From Lingula anatina (taxonomy: Eukaryota > Animalia > Brachiopoda), in assembly GCA_051362555.1 (NCBI GenBank), contig CM120644.1:4410954-4474953 (forward strand): 64,000 nt of DNA. The letters run 5' to 3'. The notes beneath the pieces are model-generated. The model had not been told where the DNA came from and did not search any database. It worked only from the letters and a program-made list of their open reading frames with translations. The translations under genes were made by a program, and so were the position numbers. Within the stretch, counting starts at the first letter, position 1; each line of letters begins with the position of its first letter. This document shows, one piece after another, positions 1-13,300 of the stretch.

Positions 1-923
1 AAACGTGCCCCGGGTCACTGCTAAGCACGAGAAACCACAAGCGAACGTGATACCATTATCTTACAATTCTTGACACACACTTAAGTGGTGCGGGCCAAGG
101 GTGAACAGTAAAGAGTAATATAATGCCACAGAAGCTGGGAAGGGGGCATGTTTTACGGGTTTTCACTCAATGCCATACAACGGGTGCGTTACTGGAATGT
201 GTTCAGGCTCTATTGCGTATGATCCTTCTACATGTTTAATACTGTAGAAAAGCGCAGTTAAAGTGATATAATATTATATGTAATGTAAGAAAATTTATTG
301 TAACCTATGCGCCGGCATTTACTGGCAAAATCGCAAATATTTATTTTTATGGAAATATGACATTATTGAATTAGGTAATGATTTTATTTTTATTTATTTA
401 TTTTTTTTTTTTTTGGAACAGAAAATGTTATCTAATTTTTTGTGTGTGTTTCCTAAAAGTCGAAATAAACATTTTTTTCGATATAAAAATGCTAATTATT
501 GGTCCATTTTGCTCTAATTCTCTAAATCTACCTTTTAATCGAGAAGAACATTAGGAGTAATTTAATGTCACCTAAGCTGGGGTGAGGGCATGTTTTACGA
601 GTTTTCACTCAGTGGCTTACATCGATCAAAATAACTTGGACAAATACATCGTGTTCAGTTTTTTTCGTGACAAAATTTAGGCTAAGGTTTTAAGAAACTG
701 TAAATTTAATCAATGTCATATCAAAAGAAAAATCTCTAACCAATCTCTTAATGGCCTTAACTTTACTTTTTATTTAATTCTTAACTATATATTTTTTTCG
801 AAATTCTTTTTATTTTTCTTCTTTTCGTTCTTTTTTCTTTTGGAAATAGCGGCATTGACTCACATAATGCCGATTTGCCATTCAATTCAGTGTTTAACTT
901 CGATGGAACTTGACAATTTTTCA

Positions 924-954
<31 letters not shown>

Positions 955-968
955 TTCTCACATTTCAG

Positions 969-1708
969 GCTAGAAAACAGTTCCATGACGCAATATGGAA
1001 GGTTCGCTGGATCATCCGCTTCAAGATCCTGATGAAAAACCTCAGTGCCAGAAAAACCACGCAGTCAGCCACAGAGGCGCATTGGCACGCGACAAATATG
1101 GTCAAAGAAGACTTGGACAAGCCGCTGATCTTTAACAAGTTGTTCTTCGCTAAGGACAGGGTAAGGGCATGCGGTAATTACTAGAGAGTGAAACGACAGA
1201 AAAAAAGGCGCCCATGCCAAGCACTAAAATTGTGACCCACTTTTAACAACTTGCATTTGAATAAAGTGATTTTTTGTTCAATCAACAGCTAAATATTGAA
1301 ATGGTTTACCTCCAATATTTCGATGTCTAACAGGACATCTTTATAATTCCCAATGATATTTAGCTGTTGATTGAAGAAAAAAAACACTTTATTCTTATAA
1401 AAGAGCACAGCTGATGAAATTCTATAACTGACTTTTTGTGTGTGTGTGGGGGGGGGTATGCGACAGTGCATTGATGTAACTTACCATACTTAAATTAATA
1501 AAAGAATTAATGTAATTATTTCTTGATATAGGCGTACGACCGTGTGCCACACTGGGCTCAGGAAGTTCTCAGGAAAGAACCAGATCAGAGAACAGACGTG
1601 GAGTGTAGGAGAATACACGTGCTACTTCGCGGGTTGAAGGGAATGAATCGCTTCACAGAGAGAATACAGCTATATATGTGTAAAACTGCTTGGTATCAGA
1701 GGTAGGGA

Positions 1709-1749
<41 letters not shown>

Positions 1750-3410
1750 TGCTTGCTGTGCAATTTTGTTAGCATGTTTATATTTGTGGATTTTGTATGA
1801 TTGCCCGATACAAGTAGTAATAGAGAGGAATGATTTTAGTTTCAACAAATCTTACTTTAAAAAACCAAACGTCGACTAATAATATCACATGAATTGTTGA
1901 ATTAATAGTATCACAGACAATGCTTGTCTGTGATACTATTAATTCAACAATTCATATATATATATAGCAGACTAATGAACTTTTTTAAGAGCTAGTAATA
2001 TTACATTCCACTGATAACTATAGATGTAACAAATAATCATAAAGAGATCATCAAAACGACCAGTCTTAAAACTTAACATGCTGTCTCAGACTCATCCTTG
2101 TCCTGTTTTTCAGTATCGACCCTCAGCGCGTGGTGTTACGTAACGGTCACGTGGGACAGCAGTTTTACATCATCTACTCCGGCTCCGTGTTCGTCAACCT
2201 CGATGAGACCACAATTACTGGAGAGAAAATAGTCCGTACCGAGGCTATTCTGGGGAGAGGGGAGTCGTTCGGGGTACGAGAATTCGATATATTTTTTGTT
2301 ATCACTTTTATCTAACTTCGTCATATTTAGTTAGTTAGTAATATATTTATCATAATGTATCTATTTATATTACTAATTGCTTTATTTTTTTTCTTAAATT
2401 TATTTGTTTATTTTCATTTATCTATTTTATTACTGCTTGTTGATGTTTCGAATTTGTATATTGTCTTGGTACATTCACGACATACCTGTTCTTTCTACAG
2501 GAACAATCTCTACTCCGTAACGTCCTGCGTACGGCGACAATATCGTGTCGTGAGTGGTGTGAGTTTCTGGTGGTAGAGAAGGACGTCTTTGCCGAGGTCT
2601 GCCCCAAGATATTTGACGAGGAGCTGGCCGAGAAAGTGGAATTCGCTAAGTAAGCACTGCCCTCTGGTATCAAAGAGTCTCTGGCGTAGCGTACAATTAT
2701 GAAGAAGAGACTGTTACAATGATTTTGTAAGGCTACTAGCGGACCCTGTGAGTCAGAGAGTAATTTAACACCACTTATTTCTGATTGTGTTATCATATGT
2801 GGATTATAAAATATATATATTTTTGAAAATTTAGCAAATAATTCATAAATCATGTAACATCAACGTATTTACATTCGATCACTTGATTAAAAAATATCTA
2901 AAGCGGGTTTTTTTTCTACAATCCAGACGACAAGCGATGTTCAAGACAAAATGGTGGCGAGAAGACGACATAAAGAATCTCTGTTTTGAGGCTCAAATCC
3001 AAGAGGTTTGTCAGCCAATAGATTGGACTTTCTATCCATATCTGTTTAATAATTAACATCTTTTATTAGCACATTAAGTTCCACTCAAAAAGACACTGTA
3101 TTAGGCTATCCATAATATATCTAGGAGAACATGATTACTACAGTAGATAAGAATTTTGACTTCAAATGTGAAATGACATGTACGGGATGATGTTATTGTC
3201 ACTTACAGCTGTATTTTATTAATATGGCATTCATTGGCTGGAACAGGCCACGTCCTCCTCTTTTAGCTTATAAAGCACGCCCTTCACTAGCCCTCGGAAA
3301 AAGTATAAGTATATGATACAGGACAGAACGAACCAGCTTCCATTCATTTGTTGTACATGTTATGAAAAAAATCCCCTCATCTACTGTTTATATCAGAGAG
3401 GTAAAAATGA

Positions 3411-3441
<31 letters not shown>

Positions 3442-6400
3442 ACACACACACACCTTCCCAGTTTAAAACTCTGGATTAGCCAGTGACATTGTAATATCTT
3501 TGTAACATTTAGGTCATATATGCGTTTTATATCCATAAACTTCTATCTATTGCAGTACAAGACGAACAAGGTGATTGTGACTAATAATCTCGAGGACGAG
3601 TGGATCTACATCTGCATGGAGGTGAGGAGAATGATTGGGAATCATGTGGGCTTACTATGAGTGTGATAAAAATGGCTGTTCTTAAAGTTACTTCTTAATT
3701 TCGCATTATCAAGCTTTTAAAAATTAGGAAAACTACATTATTCAGGCCTACCTTACAACCAGACTCGGCACCGAATGATCCTGAATTCACCGGTAGATCA
3801 GACCACACTACCCGTTTTCAAGGTGTGTGTCAGATCGCATTACACAGTATCATACCCTGAACAAATTTTGAGTGGTGATGCAATGCTTTTCAACCCCGCT
3901 GAGAATCGTCACTATACTATCACATCGCGTACTAGGCAAGAGCGGTGTCGCGTCTGATACTGTGTAATGCGATCTGACACACACCTTGAAAACGGGTAGT
4001 GTGGTCTGATCTACCGGTGAATTCAGGATCATTCGGTACCGAGTCTGGTAGTTGGGTAGGCCTGTTATTTGTCAAAGCCACGTAATGTTTAGGATATTAA
4101 GAAATCAAAGGCCAGGGGAGACTGTAGAGCACTCTAGCGTCATTATATTATATTTTGAACGACTTAAACTTTAGAATAAAGTTTTAGTAATTTAGAATTG
4201 AGACGTGAAGGAAAAGTGTAATAGCCCTTTTCTCATTGTAGGGTAAATGCCGCGTTATAAAATGTTTAATGCTGGACGAGGATATACGGCGGCGAGACAG
4301 CGAGCATGTGGACGTGAAAGAACTGCCCCTTCTTGAGTGGGAAGAGGACATTCCTGCACATAGAAGGAAGGGTGGGTGTTGGAGTTTTTTTAGTGATAAA
4401 TACGAATTTAAGCCAAGTATGTTTATTGTTCTTGTCCATCCGGCATCATTAAAATGCCCCTCCTTCTCCGTCTCTATCTCTCTTTCTCCCTTTCACACAC
4501 AAACACACACACACGAGTATTCTTAGGGGAGAGGGTTATCTTATTCAAATTTTTCTTATATGATAATAAATAATACCAACAGTAACCATAGAATAATGGG
4601 GAGGGGGAGTTTGGTTAAGTTGTTGTATCAACGATAAATAAACAATGACCCTTGTTGATGAATCCTAAACGCTTCGTTACGACAGTCATATTCCAAAAGA
4701 AGCTAATTTAATCACAGCTGTTTCTAATTCCATGTTGCTATAATTTTTATCTGTAGCCTCGAATCAGGATCAAGCAGAAACAAAAGAACAGAGATTAGAA
4801 AGAGACAAGTCTCGCCTTCTCAACTCCATGGGACTGAAATTTATGAACGAGGAAAAGGTAAGGCCAATTTAGTAAGGTCCCGGATGAATTTGATGGAAAG
4901 AATTGTACGATTTTTGAAAAGGTAAACAGACAACGTTAACAACGTGTTTAACTTGCTTTAATAAATAAGAAAAAACTGATAAAAACGAACAATCATCAAT
5001 TGTTAGATAAATGAAAAGAAAAAAAACGAAAATTTCATGAAATATACACTTGCTTACAAACTTACTGACCGACAGGAGTCCGGCTCAACAGAGGAGCTTT
5101 TAAATCCGACAGAGGGTGTTTTACCATTGTTAACGTCTAAGATCATTTCTACGACCGACACCCCAGATTTGTCAACCATTCATCGAGTCAAGAGAAAAAT
5201 GATGTTTCTGGCCGCTATACTAATATGGAGGCGAGGCTCAGTGAAGGTTCTTCTCGTGAAGGGTGGCATCGTGTTGCACGTTACACGTGTAAAGGCACAT
5301 CTTAGTTCTTCCTTTGTCACACGGCACGTCAGCACAGATCCTTTATTTATCAGAAGTGAGATAGTTAAAACGGTTTAAGACGATCTCCCGGACGCTGACT
5401 GCATTTTAACGTCTTGAATGCTGGAACCCTTTTTTCTGTGCACGTGCGCTGGTTGAGCTTAATGCTCAACTTGTGGCTCACTCGTTGTTTGGTCGAAAAC
5501 AAGCGGTCTACCTCCTTGAGGTTTTCTTGAAACAGGATAACTTAAGCCGTTCCTTTTTAGCAACAAGTATACACACCTGTGCTAAAAGAATAAAAAAGAT
5601 AAACCCGTCTTGCACATACATTATTTACCGTAAACTTAAAGTCAACCCATTTCACGTTACCGTTTGTCGGAGATATTCATAGATGTATGTATTTATGTAT
5701 GAGTGCCTGTTTCTACACGTTTTTTTTTTTTTTGTATTATTATTATTATTATTATTATTTTTGTTTATTTTTATTGTTGTTGTTATTATTATACATACCA
5801 ATACCTGACAACAGCATGATAATCGATTTTCATTAGTTGACAGACAACGTTTGATTTTATTGGAAACGCGTGGCCTTACATTTTATTTCATTGTTGAACA
5901 TTTGGTTGTAAGACACGTGCGAAATACTGCAATTAAAACATTATATAGTGTAAATTAAGCACCTACATTACCCATTTTCTTTGAAAATTATGCGCAATGA
6001 ACATTATGCACAATGAACTTATATACCCCTGTACTTGTGTTGCACATAATCGGTTGTAATCAAATGCAAGAAAAATAATGAAGTCGTTATTAATTATAAC
6101 ACTAGATAATACGTTGGATTTCATGCAAATCAAACAAAAAAAATTAATACGTCCATTTACTGGATCGTATTTGCACAAGGGTGCATTATTGAAGTGAAAA
6201 ACGTGTGTAAAGAGTTGGAAGATAGATAAGTTTATTTGATTCTTTATTTAGTACATTAATGTACAATTACAATTATTTTGTTCTCTCTCCACACGTTGAG
6301 ACACTAGTAATAATCTGTATGTTTCCCTCTTTAGGACACGGGACCGAAGATAATCGCCCAGGACAACAACGCCATTTTGAAGAAAACCCTGGAGGGAGGG

Positions 6401-6552
6401 GTCGTCTCCCTGGACACGCTGATTTTACAGAAGAAACGAGAGACGAAGGGAAGAGAGTTTATCTACCTGGAGATTGCCAATTTGAACCCAGAGGAAGTAT
6501 TCGTAAGTGCACTTAATTTATGAAACTGAGAAATTAATGCAACAATTTGAAG

Positions 6553-6588
<36 letters not shown>

Positions 6589-7719
6589 CATTATTATTAT
6601 TATAGGAGTCGTACTAGAATGCCTGGTGTAGAGACATCAGTTCCTGTTAACATTAAACAGTGATGAGTAAAATGAGATTAGTAAATGGGGTTCGTAAATG
6701 GATGTAGAGGCTATAGAAAAAAAAACGTCATGAAATGATATAATCGCACCCTCTGCTCTCCCGTACCATTGCAAGCAGCCCTCCCACACATATAAACAAC
6801 CATATAGAAAAATTGACATGAAAAAAAAACTGTCAAATTTTAACTGCAGTTGTAAAATCCTTTCTTTTTCAAGGACCTATTTACAATCCTCCGTCCTCCC
6901 GACCCCAGAGCTAAGAAGCAGTCTTCCCTTCTCCTCGTCAGCTCCGGGGCCAAAATGTTAAGAATCCGCCGAGCAGCTTTCTTCAAGTTGGCCGCAGAAG
7001 AGGCAGTGGATTATGCGCTCTCTCTTGCGGCGATTGACAAGTAAGATCGTGATTTGTTATTTAAAATCCATGTCAATTATCTTTTCATATAGCAATAAAA
7101 GAAAAGTTTCGATAGTTTAGTTGTAGAAAGAGGCAGCATAATGTAAGATTTAACGTTTTATCGGACCATTCTATAAGAATGAACTGTTTGAACCCCCTGC
7201 CATGTCTTTTATTTATACACAATACACGCAATAAAAATTGAAAAATTTGATGCCATTGTTATTGTTTTTAATTAACTGTTTGATTCATGCCCACTGCTTG
7301 TGCGTTTTATTTAACCGTTAAAAGATTCCATTTTGCGTTTATTTATTTATTTATTTATTTATGTCCACAGGTACCCTTCAGATATAGAGTTGCTGGAGTC
7401 TTACACTGACAAGGCTACTTGGGACGGGTACAAACAACAGGTTGTAGACGACGTGGTGAGTCCGTTACGTCAACAGGCACGGCGCAGCTACGTAAACAAA
7501 TACATGGAGGTCATGAACGACGCCAAGCGGAAACAGAATGTTCGACTTCTCTCAACCCTCAGGAGGAAGGAAAGGAAGAGTCGTGGCGGGAATGCGACAA
7601 CCACGAGTCTGGAGGAATATCAGAGGAGGCGCAGTTCGGTGTATTCTAAAGACAGTCGAATACAAATTGAAGAGGTTGATGAGCAACCAGATATTGTCGA
7701 AGAGAGCAGCCCGTCTTGA
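969..7719 (+). CDS. Cyclic nucleotide-binding domain protein, CNBD2-like (5'-partial, 11 exons in window, about 576 aa)
   Basis: Phase-consistent GT-AG exons: 969-1160, 1532-1701, 2114-2273, 2501-2649, 2927-3005, 3556-3621, 4242-4371, 4757-4857, 6335-6502, 6874-7040, 7371-7719 (1731 nt, ends TGA). The spliced product has a canonical cNMP domain (VVLRNGHVGQQFYIIYSGSVFV...LGRGESFG|EQSLLRNVLRTATISCREWCEFLVVEK) preceded by LRKEPDQRT, then a degenerate second domain (WIYICMEGKCRVIK...LLVSSGAKMLRI). No start codon was found, so the first exon probably lies upstream of the window. Confidence 0.85.
1889..1955. repeat. Perfect intronic hairpin (32-bp stem, 3-nt loop)
   Basis: atgaattgttgaattaatagtatcacagacaa (1889-1920), loop tgc, exact reverse complement at 1924-1955. 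Confidence 0.9.
3743..4064. mobile_element. MITE / non-autonomous DNA transposon with about 110-bp terminal inverted repeats
   Basis: 3743-3852 is a near-perfect reverse complement of 3955-4064 around a spacer of about 100 bp. Flanked by TTATT on both sides (3738-3742, 4065-4069); alternatively TA termini with a GGCC duplication (Academ-like). Explains the mirror-image 60-aa ORFs in the track. Confidence 0.85.
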
Positions 7720-8171
7720 TCCCTGGAGTTGTCATAAGGAAAATTATTTCAGTTTTATTTTTCATGGACACCCACCCAGTGACTTAAAGTGTGGCACCTA
7801 TGTACAGAGGTCATACATCTACGTACTCATAACATTCTACTTTTGTGGATTAAAAGTGATTTTTTTCCATTAGTGACATTACTTTTCATTAATACATCTC
7901 AAAAGGAGCCCAGCGTTAGGGGGTTATATATTTTGCTCCACCCTAACCCTAGAATGATAGTCAAATTGGAGAACTACGCAATCCCCCCAAATGTCCGTAT
8001 GGGCCATATTGCTACGCACATGTACTGGACCTCGAGAGACAAAGCCCTCTCAGAGGCAAAAAACTGTGATAAATCGGCAGCAGGAAATATTTTATCTCAA
8101 CAAATGTGCAAAGACAATCATACCTTAGATTTACAGCTGCAGCATAGCGCAATGTTAATTGTTCTTCTTTG

Positions 8172-8177
8172 AATAAA
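8172..8177 (+). promoter_or_regulatory. Candidate poly(A) signal of the CNBD gene
   Basis: AATAAA about 450 nt after the TGA at 7719. Confidence 0.45.
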
Positions 8178-8385
8178 ATATATTTTATCACATTATTTGT
8201 ATCGCCTTTGTTAATTTGATTTTAAAAAATAATAATAATAAAGAAAAAAAACATTGGGTCTTTTATGTTGCCAAGTTTAATAACGATAATTAAATAAGTA
8301 GCCGTAAAATCAAAGGATTGTTCAGGAATAATATGCAAAGATCGATTCGAAATGAACACAAGTATAAGCCGACACCTTGTAACAT

Positions 8386-8391
8386 TTTATT
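8386..8391 (-). promoter_or_regulatory. Candidate poly(A) signal of the hillarin-like gene
   Basis: TTTATT (AATAAA on the minus strand) about 910 nt past the stop at 9304; the region is AT-rich, so chance is possible. Confidence 0.3.
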
Positions 8392-9303
8392 TAATCATTC
8401 CCACGCCTATATTGCATATTTAGCGTATTATTTAATATAATTAATGATCTCTCACTTTTACTGAATTTTTATGTGATAATAAATATGACAAAGTATACCG
8501 CATGCAATTACAAATTACTTATAATACCAAGTGGATAAATGAGATCGGTTAGACACAATATTTAAAGGAATACAATGCACGGTAGACCTTTTAATAAAAA
8601 GAATAAAGAAGATTTGACAATTTTCCCTAAAGTATATCCATAAACTACCTTATGTGGAAAAAGTGGGCATTTTTTTCTATGAAAATCACATTTGTGCTAT
8701 ATAAAGGACTAACGCCCATTGTGTCCCTTTAACCCTACCCGCCCGTATATATTGTTACCACCACCCACCCAACAATGCCCCTCCCTCCTAGCATGAAGAA
8801 AATTATGCTTTTTTATATAAAGTTGTGAGCAGCAAAAGTCACTTAAACCCTACCCACCCGTTCTCTTCCTTCCCCCTTTCCTTTTATGAACGCCCAAAAT
8901 TGCGACAAAACTTACATTTAATTCAGAATTTATCACAGAGAAGGAATGTTTACAAATGCAAGATATTCTAAAAAAAGATGTCTAGAAGACTCGTAGGACC
9001 CAATTCAATTCGCCCACACAGCAGTTTTTGCTTAAAATTGTTGATATGATGTGTCTAACAGAAAGAAAAAAGGCTACTACATATATCTGTTCAATTTCAC
9101 TTGGCTCCTGGTCGGCCATGTGGAAACCTGTAAAGATGGTCGATAACATTACATCATTCAAATAATTGAAGTTCTCCTAAAAGAGTTACTGCGCGTCTTA
9201 ATGCCTCTATTGAATACCCCACGCAGAATAGTCAGAATAGATATTTCAAACACATAATCGCAGAGTCATAGGTACGTAACGGTGCAGTCCAAGTTCACCA
9301 AAG

Positions 9304-10270
9304 TTATCGCATGAGTGTATATTCAAGCAAGGGAAGGAAATTTAACCCATCAAAATTAGCAAACACATACGCCATGTCGAGGTCCTTGCCGGTGAAGACA
9401 GCTCCCTCCCAAATCACCCTATTGGTCGACTTCAGGTAATACCACTTGCCTTTGATAATGACGGCCACTTTCTTTGCACCCGGCACTTCGACCTTGAACT
9501 TGATGTTCTTGTTCAATTTAAGGTCCCCGTAGATTGGTTCGTGGAGTCGGCATTTCATCCAACGGGTGAGGGCCTTAGGCGAGACTTTAGGCGGGCATTC
9601 TGGCTGTTTGGGACAGAATATAAGATAACTGTACAGACAGTCCATGGTTGGGTTCGAGTCCTCCAGCTCTGCAGCGTAGATTGAAAAAGCATAGTAGCCC
9701 TGCTCGGGGAAACGTATCACGTAGGATACGGCCATTTTCTCTCGATACTGCTGAAAGGCGAATCGGTCAAAATTGTCGTCATGGTAATCGTAATTCCCAC
9801 AGAGAAGCTTATGGTTGACCTTGACCGGCTTTTCGAAACCGAGGTCAATTACTAATTCACCACGTGATTCGATGAATGGCTCTTGGTGGCTCTCCAATTC
9901 GAGGCCCAGCGCACTTGCAGCCGGAAGTGGCCCAACGCCAAGAGGAAGGAGAGGGAATCTGAATTTAGAATCCGGCTCTATGTAATCACAACGGATGCCG
10001 AATATACAAATGCTGTTGTAGACCTCGGAAGATGACCTGGAGTCGTTGGCAAAGATCGTCAGCGTGTGATCACCGCGTCTGGGGATGTTTACGTTAAATA
10101 TGATCTTATTATCTACAATGTGGTGGATGGCAAAGCGATCCAGGATCTCCCCCTCCGACTGCAGTCTTGTGGTGAAGGAAAGGCGGTCTGGGGTCTCGCA
10201 GCCGAGGACGATGTCGACTTTACCAGTGTCCGTGGAAACCATAGCGCTCTGGTGTGATCTTCAAGAGTTA

Positions 10271-10314
<44 letters not shown>

Positions 10315-13300
10315 GAGAGGCAGATTACAGGATTAAGCGGTCTTTCTTTCATGTAGGGTCCGCCATATTTGTGCCATGGACCAGTTGACACTCGTATTTT
10401 TTTTTCATTCTGTATGGCCCCATAGGGAAGATAAATATTAGATGTACCAGGTTTTTCCCTCAATAAATACTTTTATAAATAAAAAATAAATAATTTTATT
10501 TATCTATATTTTTATTTTCACTTCTTATTTTTCATTTAAGATTTAAACAATATGAAACAGATATTACAGACTAAACACTATTGGTGCTTTTAAACGAACC
10601 TCAGACTGAGCCCATAGTGGAAAAAATGCGACTTGAGCAACGGCATCTGGACGAAATCCTCCATTGTGATGGGCTCCTCCAACAGCTGCCAGTTGGGGTC
10701 ATCCGGATAGTGCTGGTGGATGAAATCTTCCGGATCCGTCAAAAAGTAGAAGTCGTCATACTCGTAGCTGCATTCTTGGGATTTGGCGGCGTCGTCCTCT
10801 GCGCCCATCCCAGCGTAGGACCCTCTGGATGGATCACTTCTGCTGGAGCCTTCCCCGCCTCCGCCGCCACCGCCACGGAGACCGCTGTTGATTCTTCTCG
10901 CACCCCAGTGGGTGTCCACGAATCGCCACGAGCCGTCCACGTAAACCACGGTCCATTGGTTCCGAAATCGTTCGTCAGCAATCGGCATCCCTGGCTTGTA
11001 GCCGAAACTTTTGGAGTAGCCTTGGATGACGTGACAGTGGAGACCGGCGTAACTGGAGGAGAGAAGGTAGGCTGGTATCATTTATTTTGGGGAATAGACC
11101 TCACAACTTTATTGCCATTAAACAAGAAGAATAAGATGATTAAGAAAACGTATGTCTGAAATTACCATTTGTTTCATTGTGCACTGAAAAATTACTGTAC
11201 AACCCTGTAGCAATATTGACTTCAAATGTCATAGCATTACGTAGACACTGATAGCAAACTCAAACACACGGAAGAACTATCAACCGCCAGTAATCAACAC
11301 TAGATATATAAAGTGTACCTGCACAGTCTCTTGAACAAGTCGTGATAGCTCTCCAGTCCGTATTTTATTCCCCGCAATAAGAAAAACGGGCTGCTGGGAT
11401 CAATGTTGCCAAAAAACAACATCTTGTTTAAGTCTTTGACGGTGATCCAGCGAAATATGGCACTAAAAGATGAAAAAGAGCCTTATAGATTTAACATTAA
11501 AGGACATATCAATGGAAAATTGTTTTTGCTTATCAACAAGGATTATTGTAAGCGCAAATAAAGCACCGATTTTACTCAAATAATTTTACAAGATAATCAG
11601 GTCAAAAGCAAAAGACAATTTCGTCAATGATTTAAATTACAGATTCTGTCACTACGTTCAAATCACCAATGTACTCAATCGGTAGGGCGGATTGTGACGC
11701 GCTCCTCAATAGAAGCCCAGGTGACATGGTCAAACCTGCCTGGATACACTATTGTATTGTTTTACAGGAAATTTAATTCAAATTCAAGATAAGCTTGAGT
11801 ACCCGCTTTGCCTGCGGATTCTTACGTTAAAAAACAAGTGAAACATAATTCAAATACTTACCAGTGATTCAATATAATCAGTACTTACCGTGCTTTTTCT
11901 ACCTCATTTTTGCAGCTCCGCACTAGCCAGAAGACTAACTCGGTGAAGCTGTTTTGATCCCAGCTGGCAACCTAAAATGCAACGAGATTTTAAAAAGAAG
12001 AATTGCCTGTCGCACCTGGCATACTAGTGACCTGCAGTCTTTTTGTCACATCTAACACATTACATATACTCATCCGTCCGTCACGTCAAACGCAATATAT
12101 ATACTCGCTTGTCTAACATAGGTATTAGATGTCATGCGAACAACAGACAGTGGAAAACAAAAAGATGTGTTAAAAGTTTTAAAATACCTAAAACACACTA
12201 TCATACGTACAATTGTATGTAACAGTGCACATTTGTTTGACAAAGGAACAAAAAAACCTAGGATAGGCTCTCAGAAGTGGGCCTGTTTCATATAGGGACA
12301 GTCTGTATTTTACCTCAATAGCCTGATGATCCACGTTCTCGAAGGAAGCTGAATTTGCGATCAACTCCGCCTTCTTTGTGGTCGGTGGTCGGGGTGGTGG
12401 TACCATAGATTTGTGCTAGATATAATGTAATGTAATAAATAGATAAATAAATAGACATGACGTAATACTTTTAAAAATATTGACTGCCTATAGGTACATG
12501 TACTAGTGTTTTACTAGTGTTGAAGCTTTCATTAAGCGATCAGCTACAATAACTGCGTGATGTCATAGGATAAATGTATTTAGTAATAAAAAAGAAAGGG
12601 ACAAAACCCGGTGAATCAGTACTGCTATGCAAAATACTTTTTTCTACAAAACTTGAAAAGAAAACAGCCACAATGATGCTCGTGGATTACTTCTTTCATC
12701 TTTTATTTGTTGCCGCAAATTCCCAGTTCCAGGAAATCCCTCTTGATTTCTTTTTGATGCCCTATTGATAATTCGAGAGGTATTGAACTATCGCTGATAA
12801 TTCCAATTAATTACTGGACTTGCATTGTTTAATTTTAAAATTCGAAAAAAAAAAAAAAGATTGTACGTCTTAAGCCTGTTGTAACCCCTGACTACATCAC
12901 GCCATTTGGTATCACCTACCTTTTTAGAAATGAGCTGCAGCATTTCACTGCTCTGTTTATCTATCATTCCGGACAGACGGTCTCGTTCCTGCGCAGACAG
13001 ATCACTGAGCAGATCCTGCAGACGATCTTGCTTCAGCGTTTTGAAGTGCTCTTCAATTTGGTACTTCTCCTTGTTGAAGTCGCCGGTGAAGTAGCCTAGA
13101 TGATTAAACAAACAAACGAACAAATAAATAAACAAATAAATAAATAAATACCACGTAAGGATATCAGGTAATTTGTATGTCTTAAAAAAACACCAATCTA
13201 ATTCGTCGCACATTTTGTATATTCGGTAAGGCAAATATTTAGTTCCAGAATATGGATGAAGTACCGTTTTCCACTTCATAGCTGGTACCCATAGTATGAA

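Noticed and set aside
132-614. Imperfect direct repeat of about 40 bp (aagctggg...gggcatgttttacg.gttttcactca) near 132 and 574
   Set aside because: Real but uninformative; probably part of a repeat element cut by the window edge.
3775-4032. Two 60-aa ORFs on opposite strands with identical N-termini
   Set aside because: Artefact of the MITE's inverted repeats.
10581-11159. 192-aa plus-strand ORF, and similar ORFs at 22391-23011, 34356-34718 and 42476-42823
   Set aside because: Antisense or alternative-frame shadows of real exons.
11670-11745. tRNA/SINE-like A-box and B-box resemblance (also near 60735-60780)
   Set aside because: Too degenerate; no cloverleaf could be drawn.
12688-12787. 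Purine-rich exon-like stretch in a hillarin intron (minus strand)
   Set aside because: The acceptor/donor combinations I tried either shift the frame or hit a stop, and the flanking exons already join in frame.
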